A DNA stretch of 63,060 bases, the filler included, from Octopus bimaculoides (taxonomy: Eukaryota): the NCBI RefSeq assembly GCF_001194135.2. It is 6 parts of 6 records of this genome, joined end to end, with 100 filler letters (N's around TTAATTAATTAA, not from the genome) between each part and the next. Parts side by side here need not be neighbours in the genome. Positions count along the whole stretch, not along the records: positions 1 to 19,110 come from NC_068990.1; 5 more parts are not named here. One strand, given 5' to 3'. Position 1 is the stretch's first letter, and each line of letters starts with the position of its first letter. Below the pieces are notes generated by a model that saw only the letters and a list, made by a program, of their open reading frames with translations, did no database searches and was not told the origin of the DNA. This document shows positions 1-11,866 of the stretch, one piece after another. A program made the position numbers and the translations under genes.

Positions 1-1128
1 GGGGGTTAAGTCCGTATCACTTTCCTTATTTTCTTTTTCTTCTGTTTCTTCACCGCCTTCCACGTTCCCTCCCTTTTCTCCATTGTTGGTAGAAAAGTCT
101 CTTCCTTTTTTTCCTGTTTTCTCCACCGGTTCTTCCATTTCCTTCTCTTGCTCTTCCGCTGTCTTTTTGGTTGGTGCAGGGCAGTCCACTCTAATGTAGC
201 CTTTTAGACCACATTTCTAACATCGAGGGATTCTTCCCTCCACCTTTACACTCATTACCACCTTGTCCATCGTAATGGTTTCCGTCATCTTTTCCAACTT
301 TTCCGCCGAACCTTGAATGGTCATTTCCAGTGTTTGCCCCTTCCACATTTCGCATTATGTTCTAGTGGCCTGGAGCACCGTTATATCGTTCTCATTTTAG
401 ATGAGGACTGCAGCTGCTATTCAGGCCACGTCTAGCTCGGGCGGTATTCCATCTACTCTTACCCTGGTTGCACGTCGTCCCAGGTAAGTGAGTAGAAGGA
501 CTATTTCATCGTTTTTGATAGTTTCTGTTGCGTACCTTTTTGTTGTTGCCTTATCTTTCATCCTCACTTCTACAGTACAAAATTTGTTTCCTCTTGCCAA
601 GTATGAGATTTCTTGCCAAATTGGCCTTAGCACTTTCTCAATTTGGCTTGAGGTCATTATGTCTATTTTTCCTGCTTTAACCGAATACGTCTTGGCTCTT
701 TCCCTTATATCACTCAGCGTTTCCTACGAGGGAGGGAGAACAAGTCCATATTATACCCGTACCAACTTAGCAATCCTTTAAAACTTTCAATTTTCTTCAT
801 ATCAATTTCCTTTTCTTGGCGTTTTCCCACATCCACAAATTTTCTTTCCTTTTCAGTTTGCTGTCTATCTTCCCAATAGCTCTCAACAGCTCATCTTCAG
901 AAGTTGACAACTCAGTACAGCTGACGTCCGAATATAACATCTTTTTCTTCTTCTCCATTAGGTTAACTCTCCTCATATGAGGAGGGAAAGCACAAACACA
1001 CTGCCACAAGACAGCAAAAAACAATTAACAAAAGTGTTAAAAAAAAACACTGACACAAAAAATTAAACGTCCAAGAAACTAGAAAAAGAATCCACTACCT
1101 CAACGTGAGAGAGAGTGAGCCAATGTGA
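1..1128 (-). mobile_element. 5' part (5' UTR plus disrupted gag-like ORF1) of a Tx1/L1-clade non-LTR retrotransposon, running off the left edge
   Basis: Minus-strand reading from ATG ~958 (MEKKKKMLYSDV), frameshifted, continues through ORF 421..657 to a degenerate zinc knuckle C*KCGLKGYIRVDC at 181-222, followed by a K/E-rich tail. There are internal stops. Confidence 0.7.
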
Positions 1129-1175
1129 TTTTTATTGCCCACAAGGGTCCAAACAAAGAGGGGACAAACAAAACA
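1129..1175 (-). mobile_element. Tx1-type 3' tail directly upstream of the Tx1 5' end
   Basis: Reverse complement TTTGTTTGTCCCCTCTTTGTTTGGACCCTTGTGGGCAATAAAAA resembles the tails at 35193-35235 and 35752-35800. Confidence 0.55.
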
Positions 1176-1451
1176 TGAGAGGACAATTAACATATGTAAA
1201 ATGAATGAAAGGGATTTTTTTTCAAATGAAGATGACACGGTCACCTCGTCCCCACTCCGGGATGGTTACGTGATTACAATAAATTCAAATGTTTCTACAA
1301 ATATTCTTTTGAAACAGTCATTGTCCTTTCTCAGTTCTCTTCTTTTTTTTCCTAAAAATTATGTCTCAATAATTTTTTCTTACCACTTTGAAGTCACTCT
1401 TTATATCATTTTGTGCAGTAATGCTTGCGCCTGCACTGCTGTTTATTTGTT

Positions 1452-1528
1452 GTAGAAGACCCATGCCGAAGCTATCCATAGTAGGACTGAACCCGAAACG
1501 ATGTGGTTGCGAAGCGAACTTTTTTAAC
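1452..1528 (-). mobile_element. SINE family B head fragment
   Basis: GGACTGAACCCGAAACGATGTGGTTG matches the reverse complement of the head at 17562-17660. Confidence 0.55.
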
Positions 1529-2039
1529 TATATGTGTGTGTGTGCGCAGTGTGTGTATTGTCTGTGCGCGCGCGCACGTGCGCGTGTGTGTGTGTGTGTG
1601 TGTGTGCGTGTGTGCGTGCGTGAACTAATTGATGAGGATTTTGTGCACTAGATTCAAGTACACACATGTAAATATTATGTCCGTATGTTATCTTCCCATA
1701 AATGAACCAACAGGCAGATACGTAAGAAAAATGAATTTTATTAGCAATCTTTTACGAGGCAGTTAGAACGATAGTAAAACATGATTTACCGCAGTATATA
1801 GGGAAGTTTAATGCGAAACTGGAATAGAGTTCGTCAGTTTTCGTACAGTAAATGAATTGCTAATTAGCTATACGTTTGCTGAACATTAAAATACACGCAC
1901 GCACGCACACACACAACCATTTGACTCCTTCAGGCGGAAAACAGCGAAATCAAACACACCTTATCGCAATTAGAAAACGACACAAAAATTAAGACAGGAG
2001 CTGATGTTGGCAGCGCCCATCAACTCATATCTAATTTAA

Positions 2040-3015
2040 ACAAAAAATGAGAACTAGAATCTCGTCTCCTAAGTTTGGTATTGAGAAAATGAGAACTAAC
2101 AAAATTGCATAAGAAAAAAGCTTATTTGTGAGTGGAAAAACAAATTTGTTTCTACAGACATTAATCGATGAAAACGGAAGCTGAATGATGCACTTCAGTT
2201 GTGGAATGCTATTCAAAAGACTCGACAAGAAGCAGCAAAAGTAGCACTTCAAAAGCGAGGGGAAAGCTTAAAAGAATGATAGCAACTTTCAAATGTAGAA
2301 CTGTGAATAATTATGATCAATGTCTATCTATTTTAAGAACTGAATATGCATGCTTTAATAGCGAAGTAAAACGATTCACAAGGAAGAGGAAGTACTTGAA
2401 TGACATTGCGGTTAAGAGTGAAGGTCAAAAAATTAGATGCAGAGGGAAGAATATTAGATTATCTTTCCAGTCAAGTAAAGAAAGAGCTTCCAGTTAGAGA
2501 CGCCAGAATAAAATGTTCACTAAAGATAAATACATTAAGAATAGATGGAAGGAGATCCATAAAATGAAGAATCTAGAAACTATTTCCTTAGCTGGACGGG
2601 TGTTGGATATTGAACCGGGTAAAATCACATTCATTGAGATCGCGAAAGCAAAAAGCAGTTAAAGAATTATAAAATTCCGAGCGTAGACGGAATGTTATCC
2701 GCGATAGAAGAAGCTGACGGAATCATAACACCAACAGTGCTGTTCATAATACTATTTAACTACATCTAGAGAACAGGTGAAATTGCCACGGGATGAAGGA
2801 AAGGAATTATAATTAAAATACCTAGAAAAAAAAGTACTTACGTGAGCGTTTGAACTGGACATACAATTATTTTATTATCTATAGTCATGAAGATTCTACA
2901 GAGAAATTTTAAGCGACCAAGTTTCAGAAGTAGAAGAAAATAAAAAACGAAATCTTCATAATAAGGAATATCGTACACAGCTTAGATTTTGCTAATTTCC
3001 GACAACCATTGCCAG
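2040..3015 (+). pseudogene. Highly decayed RTE-like LINE ORF (linker plus start of reverse transcriptase)
   Basis: Frameshifted motifs *RKGIIIKIPRK (~2795-2830; cf. W..GIIVKIPKKG) and LLSIVMKILQR (~2872-2904), with many stops. Confidence 0.55.
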
Positions 3016-3059
3016 TGGTAATGAGAACACAAAGTTACACCATACTTATATAATATCAA

Positions 3060-3946
3060 ACATGCTTAACGGAACCGTGTGTCAGTCCATGGAGGGTGAA
3101 AAACACGTTTACAGAGACAACTCCATTGGTAAGAGCAATGTGCATAGATAGATGAAGTTTAAAGAGAGGACCAGCATTGAAGACAAATCACGCAGTGGGA
3201 AGCAATCAACTACGAACACAGATACGAATCGCCAACGAGTGGAAGAACTGATTCACACATACAGACGAGTCACAATATGCTGGAATATTCTCGAGTATGG
3301 AAAATGTGTGAAAAGTGGGTACCTTGACTGTTGGCATCCGATTAAAAAGAAAGATAGAAGTCAGTTCTGTTCTCTTGGAAGCATTTGAAGCCAATGAATA
3401 CGCATTTTTCTTTTTACGATCTGATGACAAGAGGTATAACATGGCGTACCATTATGATCTGCAAACGAAAGTTCAGTCCCTGGAATGGTTTCATACCTCT
3501 TCTCCAGGACCAAGGAGGTTCAAGAGCCAGCAATCTGCACAGAAAGTCTTGGTCACTGATTTTCTGGAGCGGCATATTGAGGCATTAAAGAAAGCTTAGG
3601 GAAGCAACTAGAAAGAAGAGACCCAACATGAATGTGAAGCCGATCCACATTCACCATGACAGTGTGCAACCACACAAACGTTTGGCAGCAAATTAATCAA
3701 TGAATAAACTGGGTAGGTCAATGATCCCAAACCTTCATACAGTTCGAATTTTGCGTCCTCTGACTTCCACTTATGTTGTACAATGAAGGACAGTTTTTTG
3801 TGACAACGATTTGCGATACAGACGAGGTTAAAATGAGCATAAAGAAGTATGCACAACAGTGCACACCAAAATGTTTTCAAAGAGAACTCGAGAGTTAGGT
3901 TCTCTGGTGGTACAAATACGTCACTTGTAATGGAGACTACGTTGAG
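3060..3946 (+). pseudogene. Decayed mariner (DD34D) transposase
   Basis: Motifs IEDKSRSG, YHYDLQTKVQSLEW, KPSYSSNFASSDFHL (cf. PYSPDLAPSDFHL) and terminal GDYVE, across several frameshifts. Confidence 0.8.
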
Positions 3947-4124
3947 TGCTACAATTGACGGAAGGAGAGTCACTATAGCAACACGTACAATCTGAACAAC
4001 AGATTTTAACTAATTTAAAAGTAATGCCTACATTTGCACTACTTTCGGTATCATCCTCATATATGTGTACGTGAGTATGTGTATATACATACATACATAC
4101 ATACATACAAATATCTCTTTGAAA

Positions 4125-4478
4125 AATCGAATAAAAAAGGGATATCTATGGACAGCTGCTTTGAAACCTCCAGCTTCTATATCCAGGCTATGAATTCATA
4201 TTCATACCAGTAATAATTGGAGCACTTGGTTTTGTTAGTAAATACTTAAAGAAGAATCTGGATAAACTGGGATTTTCAGAAAGAGCAATCGACCGGCTAC
4301 TTCGTAAATTACAAACGCAATCTGTGAATGGAACAGTAAAAATATGCAAGACTTTTCTCAACTCCAAATGTGAATGTGTTTGTGTTAACTACATCCCAAA
4401 GATGGAGCCTTGTATCATTGTTGGAAACCGGTTCGCTTCTCAGTGGAAGACTTATTATAATTTAAAAAATAGAAGAGA
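4125..4478 (+). mobile_element. 5'-truncated R4/Dong-like (RLE) LINE 3' end, copy 1
   Basis: Translates to DIYGQLL*NLQLLYPGYEFIFIPVIIGALG...GTVKICKTFL, then a 3' UTR. It begins just after (TACA)n at 4086-4108 and ends at CATATATACAT. Confidence 0.75.
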
Positions 4479-4619
4479 CATATATACATGTTACTGAATA
4501 CATACTCAAGCATCAACACAAGGAACACTGATGAAATATTCTCATCAAAACACGTCAAGTATAAACATAACAGGTAGGATAGTGTTGTTTGTGACAGACA
4601 AAAAAAGGTATAAACCGTC

Positions 4620-5369
4620 ATAGATATCAGCTTGAAAACCAAAGAGAATGAAGATCACTATGGACAGCTGCTTCGAAATCTTCAACTTGTATGTATAGAT
4701 TACAAATTCACATTTACATCAATGATAATTGTTACACTTGGGTTAGTGAATACATGCGTAAGTGACAATCTGGGTAAACTAAGATTTCAGAAAATAAATC
4801 AACCAACTTACACATTGCAAATACAATCTGTATGTGAAACAGTAAAAATATGCAATACTTTCCTGAAGTTTAAAATATGACATTGTTTTTGGTATCTACA
4901 TACCAATAATGAATGTGGAGGCGCAATGGCCCAGTGGTTGGGGCAGCGGACTCGCGGTCATGGGATCGCGGTTTCGATTCCCAGACCGGGTGTTGTGAGT
5001 GTTTATTGAGCGAAAACACCTAAAGCTCCACGAGGCTCCGGTAGGGGGGGGGGCGAACCCTGCTGTACTCTTTCACCACAACTTTCTCTCACTCTTACTT
5101 CCTGTTTCTGTCGTGCCTGTAATTCAAAGGGTCAGCCTTGTCACACTGTGTCACGCTGAATATCCCCGAGAACTACGTTAAGGGTACACGTGTCTGTGAA
5201 GTGCTCAGCCACTTGCACGTTAATTTCACGAGCAGGCTGTTCCGTTGATCGGATCAACAGGAACCCTCGACGTCGTAAGCGACGGAGTGCCAACAACCAA
5301 TAATGAAGCTTTGTATTTTTTGTTAGAAACCAGTTCCTTCCTCAGAGGAAGAATTTAAATAATTGAAAA
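4620..5369 (+). mobile_element. R4/Dong-like LINE 3' end, copy 2, interrupted by a SINE
   Basis: ORF 4632..4880 (YGQLLRNLQL...ETVKICNTFLKFKI). The UTR resumes after the SINE and ends at CATACATATAC (5370). Confidence 0.7.
4914..5295 (+). mobile_element. tRNA-derived SINE family A, full length
   Basis: A-box-like TGGCCCAGTGG and B-box-like GGTTTCGATTCCC; perfect 12-bp TSD ACCAATAATGAA (4902-4913 and 5296-5307); near-identical to 11867 and 20047. Confidence 0.92.
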
Positions 5370-5866
5370 CATACATATACTTACACACACACACACACAC
5401 ATATATACATATGTATATATTCTTTTGTCTATTTTTACGTGTTTCAGTCATTTGACTGCGGCCATGCTGGGGCACCATCAGTTCTTTTTTTTAAATGAAT
5501 ACTGAAGCGTCTATGAAGTGCAAGGTTTAACAGTCTTTTCCTTAATCACTTCTTGCAAAACATACCAATAGCAATATTTTTCTGAGTCTAAAATCCCCTT
5601 TTTGTATGAATACTTTTGTCAAGGATGGTGATGGTAGTTATCTAGAATTCCAGCTGTGGATTATGTTTCTCTATTCTTACGAATTATACATGAGAATAAC
5701 GTAAATGTCCGTATCACTTGATTAGAGTCAATAGCTTGATGTTTCATGTTCTGATATATCCATTTACGTATGACTATTTCACTACGGCAACAGAAGGCAA
5801 AGATTACAAGAAACATGCCATTTATACTTTTCCAAGAATATCAGTGCTAGAAGCCAAAAAAATATC

Positions 5867-6444
5867 GGTGCCACTTTAACATGCGGGTTTACCTGGCCGT
5901 TTACACTTTAACGTGCACGGTCTACCTGGCCATTTACACCTTAATCCTAACTGTAAACCTTAACCTTAAATTTTGACCTAACCCTAATCCTTACACTAAA
6001 CCCTAATTCTAACTCTAAACCTTAACATAACTCTAGCCGTAAACCCTAACTTCAAGCCATAACCCTAACCTTAAACTCTTACCTAACCTTAACACTAAAT
6101 CCTAACTCTAACCCTAGTTTTAAACCCTAACTGTAATCTCTAACCCTAAACTCTTACCTAGCCCCACCCAACTCTAACTTCTAATCTTTAACCCCAACTT
6201 TAATCCTTATCTAAAAGCCTAACCCTACCCGTAATCTCTAACCCTAAACTCAAACCCTCATCCTAAACCCTAATCCTAATCGTAAACCCTAACCTCTAAC
6301 CTAACCCTTACTCTTATCCTAAATCTTAATTCTCACCCTAATCCTAAGCCCCAACCTTATCCCCTAATCTAACCCTGACCCTAATCCGGATCAGAACAGC
6401 ATAGACTACGAATACTACAGTACACCGCACCTTAAAGTAGCACC
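5867..6444. mobile_element. Non-autonomous TIR element (GG termini, 8-bp TSD; Merlin-like by structure)
   Basis: 20-bp TIR GGTGCCACTTTAACATGCGG (5867-5886) matches the reverse complement of 6425-6444 with 3 mismatches. Both flanks are AAAATATC (5859-5866 and 6445-6452). Confidence 0.7.
5935..6388 (+). repeat. Degenerate telomere-like (CCCTAA/CTCTAA/CCTAAC)n array
   Basis: About 450 bp of variant hexamers such as AAACCCTAACCTTAA and CCCTAATCTAACCCT. Confidence 0.9.
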
Positions 6445-7019
6445 AAAATATCGAAGTACCAATAAAATTCGAAACCATATCGCATGCATGGTTTGTTGGA
6501 AGCGTAATTATCCACTTGATAATATGTATGATTCTACTTGTTCTGTAATTCACTTTGTGTAATAAAATCTCTATAAATCACGCTCACGGAACGATAAAGC
6601 TTCGATAATAGTTTTTCTGCCATTATCGCTGCGTTGTTTCATCCTTTGGTGTCTTAGATAATGTCATCTACACTGAGTCAAGGTTAGCAATATAATTAAA
6701 GCTAGCAAACTGGAGAAAATAGGTCAGCGACAAATTACCAATATCAGATAAAATGTTTTGTTCAACCAACAATCAACATTCAGAGTGATTTCCAGAGTTA
6801 CTATCTTGGAAAGGATATCTACGTATATTACATATATTTACATTCATTTTGAATCTACGAAGAATACGATATTAATTGTTGTTTGTTCGTTTTTTTGGTG
6901 GAGGCCACATACACACACGCACGCACATATGAATGTTTGTATATGTCTCTATGTGTTTGTGTGTGTGTGTGTCTGTGTATACATACATATATATTATTTT
7001 TTACTAAGTTAAATGGATG

Positions 7020-7180
7020 GATTGCGGCCATGCTGGAGCACCGCCATGAAGAGTTTAATGGAACAAATCGTACCCAGTAATTATTATTCTATCTGTTCTT
7101 TTTGCCGAACCGTTAGGTTATGGAGACGTAAACAAACCAGCACCAAATATCATGCCGTGATGGGGGGGGGGGTGCAAACA
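7020..7180 (-). mobile_element. SINE family B 3' half fragment
   Basis: GCGGCCATGCTGGAGCACCGCC...TTTTGCCGAACCG matches the reverse complement of 17830-17945. Confidence 0.7.
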
Positions 7181-7191
7181 CACACACATAT

Positions 7192-7650
7192 ATATTCTTT
7201 TATTCTTTTACTTGTTTCAGTCAGCTGACTGCCGCCATACTGGAGCACCGCCGAACCACTAGGTTACAGGGACATAAACACACCAACATCGGTTGTCAAG
7301 CGATGGCGGACACACACACACATGCCAGACGAAATGCTTATCGGTATTTCGTCTGCCGTTACGTTCTGAGTTCAAATTCCGCCGAGGTCGAATATGCCTT
7401 TCATCCTTTCGGGGTCGATAAATAAAGTACCAGTTACGCACTGGGGTCGATGTAATCGACTTAATTCCTTTGTCTGTCCTTGTTTGTCCCTTCTATGTTT
7501 AGCCCCTTGTGAGCAATAAAGAATTATATATATATATACATACGACGGGATTCTTTCGGTTTCCCTCTACCAAATCCACTCATGAGGCTTTGGTCGGTCG
7601 AAGACTACAGTAGAAGTCACTTGCGCAAGGTGTTACGCAGCGGGACTGGA
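7192..7650 (-). mobile_element. SINE family B, split at its central microsatellite by a family C SINE
   Basis: The tail half (7192-7320) and head half (7540-7650) are both on the minus strand and flank the plus-strand insert. Confidence 0.75.
7321..7525 (+). mobile_element. SINE family C with a Tx1-like tail
   Basis: B-box GAGTTCAAATTCC, core GCCTTTCATCCTTTCGGGGTCGATAAA, tail TTTGTCCCTTCTATGTTTAGCCCCTTGTGAGCAATAAAGAA. Confidence 0.85.
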
Positions 7651-7949
7651 TAGTAAGACCTAGTTTGTAGATACGCTTTCCTTTCGTCGTTTCAGGTAGT
7701 TTATATGTGAACCTAGAGCAATCCTTTTCGAGAAGGGTCGCATAAGATGTGGATCATCGTAAGGCGAGCTGCTGTACTAAAAAATTCGAAATGATTTTTC
7801 GTTGGCGTGACATTCAGAAAGTCCCACAGGCCGTAGTTTGCCCATGACTGGCACAGGCGCTCTTAGTAACATCACTAGTGTTATCTCCAACGATAAGGCT
7901 ACTGTATTACTATTTAGTATTAGCTTTCACAACTTGTCGGAAGTGATCG

Positions 7950-8300
7950 GGGTTGTTTTATTTTCAGAAAAAGGGGTGGGGTCCCTTTTTTGTGTCTTGT
8001 CTATATCTCAGAAAACCCGTTGCCTTCCCTGGATGTTCTTTTTTGGTTATTTCATGTTACTGCGAACAGAGCTTTGTACCAGTGTGACCAATTTTCTACT
8101 GCTTATAAAATGATGAGCCGACAAAGTTTTTCTAAGATAATTTAAATATATCTAGTTGTTTTCCTTACATTAACCTGAGAAATATAATGATGTGTAGATA
8201 ATTGTATATCCATGAATGAAAGTGTTTCAGTATATCCAACATTTTTTTTCCCTAATTTGATACTTTTCGCTCGCGTGTGTCAGTCATAATAAACATGTTG
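7950..8300 (-). pseudogene. Possible Gypsy-type integrase core relic
   Basis: By-eye minus-strand translation STHHYISQVNVRKTTRYI*IILEKL...ENWSHWYKALFA resembles STPYHPQ.NG.VER.N..LK..L.K...W...L..ALFA. Very degenerate. Confidence 0.3.
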
Positions 8301-9328
8301 AATGTATTTTGTAATCAAACTTTATTACAAGAAAGTTGTACATCAGGAAGTCAAATATCAGTAGAACCCTGTTCAAATAGTTTTTGTATTTAAGTTTGTC
8401 TTATTTTGTAGTCTACCGTACACATCCATGCATTTGTATATACACGCGGTACACCTGCACGATGTTACGTACGAGTAGAAAATAAATGGCTCCCAAAAAT
8501 TTTAACCAATGTTCGTCTTTGTTATCACAGTGGTGATTTTGACCCCGCTTGCCTAGATTTCTACACGAAGCAGCAACAACTAGTGTAGGTGAAATGATAT
8601 GGGTCTTGTTCGTAAATTAAACCCGTGTAGTGGGGTTGAGGCTTGAATCTGAAACTAATTTTCCAGAACACGTCGCCTATATTTTAATACAATAAACTAT
8701 TAAATTAAAGAAATCGTGTTTGAGCAGCTTTATATAGGACAATTTGGTGAAACGGTTTCGTTTTCCACATGCATAAAATCATTGTCTTTCTTTTACACCA
8801 CTAAGAAGCCTTGGGAAATCACAGGCGAAAAATTTATTCCCTTCTCTTATAAAATAGAACTTGAATATCGATAAAATCGTGATGTAAACAATCTTGTCGC
8901 GATTATACCATATCATAACCATCTCTCGCTTGTCTATACATATAAAAACCGACCCAAACGCGTTCACATAAGCAATATAAATATTCACTTTTCTTCTATT
9001 TTTTTTCTTATTTTCTAAAAGAATTATTCTTAAATATTCCAGAACAACGATGTCATGGTCATTGTAATTTTTACAAACGCCATATAAATGTTAATCAAGT
9101 TGTTAATTAGCTCTTTAACGATTATAGGCTAGGATGCAAGATGACATGACAAGTACCGAAGTTGCTTTGCTTAATGAAGCAAGTATCTTTTTTTTTTTTA
9201 AATAAGTAAGGTACAATTCCGTCTTTTCACCCCGTACTACATGATCCAAAGTGTCCTTTTATGTCATTAAGGTGTAATGTGAAGGAGGCCTCACTACTAT
9301 TTCTAGTAAGCCGAGCGACCACGTAGAG

Positions 9329-9580
9329 CAGTGGTTCTTAACCACCTTTTGCCTATGAACCTCTTTGATTTCTATTTTACTTTACCCTAATAAACATTTG
9401 ATGTTAAAAAAAGTCCTCTTATATTTTTATAATTAGATATTATAAGGAATTGTATTTTAAAAAATTGTTGAAATATTTTGTGCATTGTAGAAGTAAAACT
9501 AGTTTATTGCACATAAATCTTAACACCGAATCTTATGTGGACCCCCAAAGGGCCGTATGGACAGTGGTTGAGAGCCACTG
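9329..9580. mobile_element. hAT (Charlie-like) MITE
   Basis: TIRs CAGTGGTTCTTAACCA and TGGTTGAGAGCCACTG; 8-bp flanks ACGTAGAG and ATGTAGCG (2 mismatches, NNNTAGNN-type TSD). Confidence 0.8.
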
Positions 9581-10410
9581 ATGTAGCGGTTCACTTTGTT
9601 TTATAAGGAGAATGACACAAACTTCTGCCAGGTAAAACGAATTACTGGAGACCCTGAAGGACTTTGAAGGCCTCGGTCTGTTCTCGAACTCAGAAATCTC
9701 AGTATCCCCTCCAAGTCCTGCTTCGTTTGGTATTAACTGACACCAGTGGAAAACTTTGGTTGGCCTTTAATGACTCAACACAAGCAAATGATAATTCACT
9801 TACCTTTAAAGCAAACCGTATCAGTTGATGTAGTCTAACTTATAATAACTCAAAAGATTTATTCGTCTTCACTTTCTTCTCAAAATATCATCACCGTTTA
9901 ATCAAATACTTCTCTTTGTTCTCAAATATCGCCAGGTTTTATTAAATTTCTCTGTCCGTTTCTGTAAATACTATCGGCGGCCTTTAGCTCACAAAGTGGT
10001 TTCTTTGATGAATACTGGAGAGTAGAAATAAGTTCCTAGCCTTACAGATCAACCACCCGGTTTCATTTCCAACTGTAACTATTACTATTCTCCTCTCTAA
10101 CATAGTCAAGCAATCTTACTCTTCATTATTGTTTTTCCTTCTATCATAATTACTAAGGGAAGCAACTCCACGACAAAGAATCAGACCTAGATGCGTTCCA
10201 ATTCTTATGTTCTCCTTGTCAACTTTCTTTTAGGTCAAAAATAGGTTCATACAACCATCTTAGAATATAGATAAATTCAATAGCATCAACTTCTCAACCT
10301 TGAAAGACATCAATGATGACGATAACTTCATCACATCTAGGATGCAACATAGGAATCTTAAATCCACCTCAGTACTTGACTCGGACTTTATTTTAACAAT
10401 CATTGTTATT

Positions 10411-10809
10411 GACAGCCGGCAGAAGCGTTAGCATGCCGGGCAAAATGGTTGGTAACATTTTGTCCGCCTTTATGTTTTCTGAGTTCAAATGCCACCGAGG
10501 TTGATTTAGGGGGTTGATAAAATAAGTACCAATCGAGCACTGGGGTCGATGTAATCGACTTATCCTGTCCCTTGAAATTGCTGGCTTTGTGTCAGAATTC
10601 GAAACCAATATTATCGACGGCCTGTAAGGCGGCGAGCTGGCAGAATCATTACCGTGCCGGAAAAAAACGCTTAGCAGTATTTCTTCCGACTTTACGTTCT
10701 GAATCTAAATTCCACGGAGGACGACCTTGCCTTCTATCCTTTTAGGGTCGATGAAATCGGCTTACTCTTCCCCCGAAATTGTTGGTCTTGTGTCAGAATT
10801 GAAACCAAT
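10411..10809 (+). mobile_element. Two tandem family C SINEs (10411-10609 and 10627-10809)
   Basis: Both have a GGCAGAA..GTTA head and GGTCGAT core. ATTATCGAC(G/A)GCCTGT is repeated on each side of the second copy as a TSD-like flank. Confidence 0.75.
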
Positions 10810-11192
10810 ATTATCGACAGCCTGTGATACATAAAAATGGCTTCTTTTGAATACAGGAGTAGAGATAAGCTCCTAACCTTGCGGAACAGTAAGTTGGTTT
10901 CAATTCCTCTTGTAACTATATCAGTCCATTTATTTATTATTATTTTTTGATATTGCCAAATGCATTGGAAAACAATCTCTGAAATTATAAAAGACACACA
11001 GACAATGCAGTCTTATTCAATATACTGCATCTGAAAAAAAAAAACATGGGGAGGTTATGGCTGGAACGTCATTGATGATTGGCCTGCTCAGTCACGGCTG
11101 ATTTGTGAGATGTCAACAAAAATAGCAGTAGCACAGAGATATGTAAATGCATCTGTTGAGAATAGATTTTACCAATGAAATAATGCTGCACC

Positions 11193-11520
11193 GAGGGAAG
11201 GCGCGTAGCTTAATGATTAGCGTATTCGGCTCATGATCGTAAGGCCGTGAGTTCGATTCCTGGCAACGCGTTGTGTCCTTGAGCAAGATACTTTATTTCA
11301 CGTTGGTTCAATCCACTCAGCTGACAAAAATGAGTTGTACTTGTATTTCAAAGGACCAGTCTTGTCACATCCTATGTCACGCTGACTCTCCCACAGAACT
11401 ACCTTAAGAGTACGCATGTCTGTGGAGAGTTCAACTACTTGCGCGCTAATTTCACAAGCCGCTTGTTCCGTTGATCGGATCAACTGGAACCCTCGTCGTC
11501 GTAAGCGACGGAGTGCCAGT
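11193..11520 (+). mobile_element. tRNA-derived SINE family E (CORE-like body) with the family A tail
   Basis: B-box GAGTTCGATTCC, body TGTCCTTGAGCAAGATACTT, 3' tail shared with family A; TSD TAATGCTGC(A/G)CC at 11181-11192 and 11521-11532. Confidence 0.85.
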
Positions 11521-11866
11521 TAATGCTGCGCCATTGGAACAGAGTCTTTGGAATTAAAAACGGAATAATTTTCATCGGTGAATGAAGATTTACATCCATT
11601 TACATCTAGGGTGCATCGTATGAATATTAAATAGAATGCATTGCTTGACTGGAACTTTACTTTAGCGACCCAAAAGGATAAACGGCGATGTTAACTTCGG
11701 CAAGATTAAAACTCATAACATAAAGGTTTGTTACTAAATACTAAAAAGTATTTAGTAACTGATTCTTTACCATTTCTTCAGTCACAGCCAAATTCTGTTA
11801 TATCGATAAATAAGAAAATGTTACCTTTATTCAAAAATGACTTTTAATAATTATTAATAGGAATAA

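Noticed and set aside
4914-4990. tRNA-like sequences at SINE heads (also 11193, 17562, 49508)
   Set aside because: They have A/B boxes but no intact cloverleaf, and run into SINE bodies; not tRNA genes.
5935-6388. Interstitial telomere as a chromosome-fusion remnant
   Set aside because: The array is degenerate, single-orientation and enclosed by TIRs and a TSD, which favours transposon cargo.
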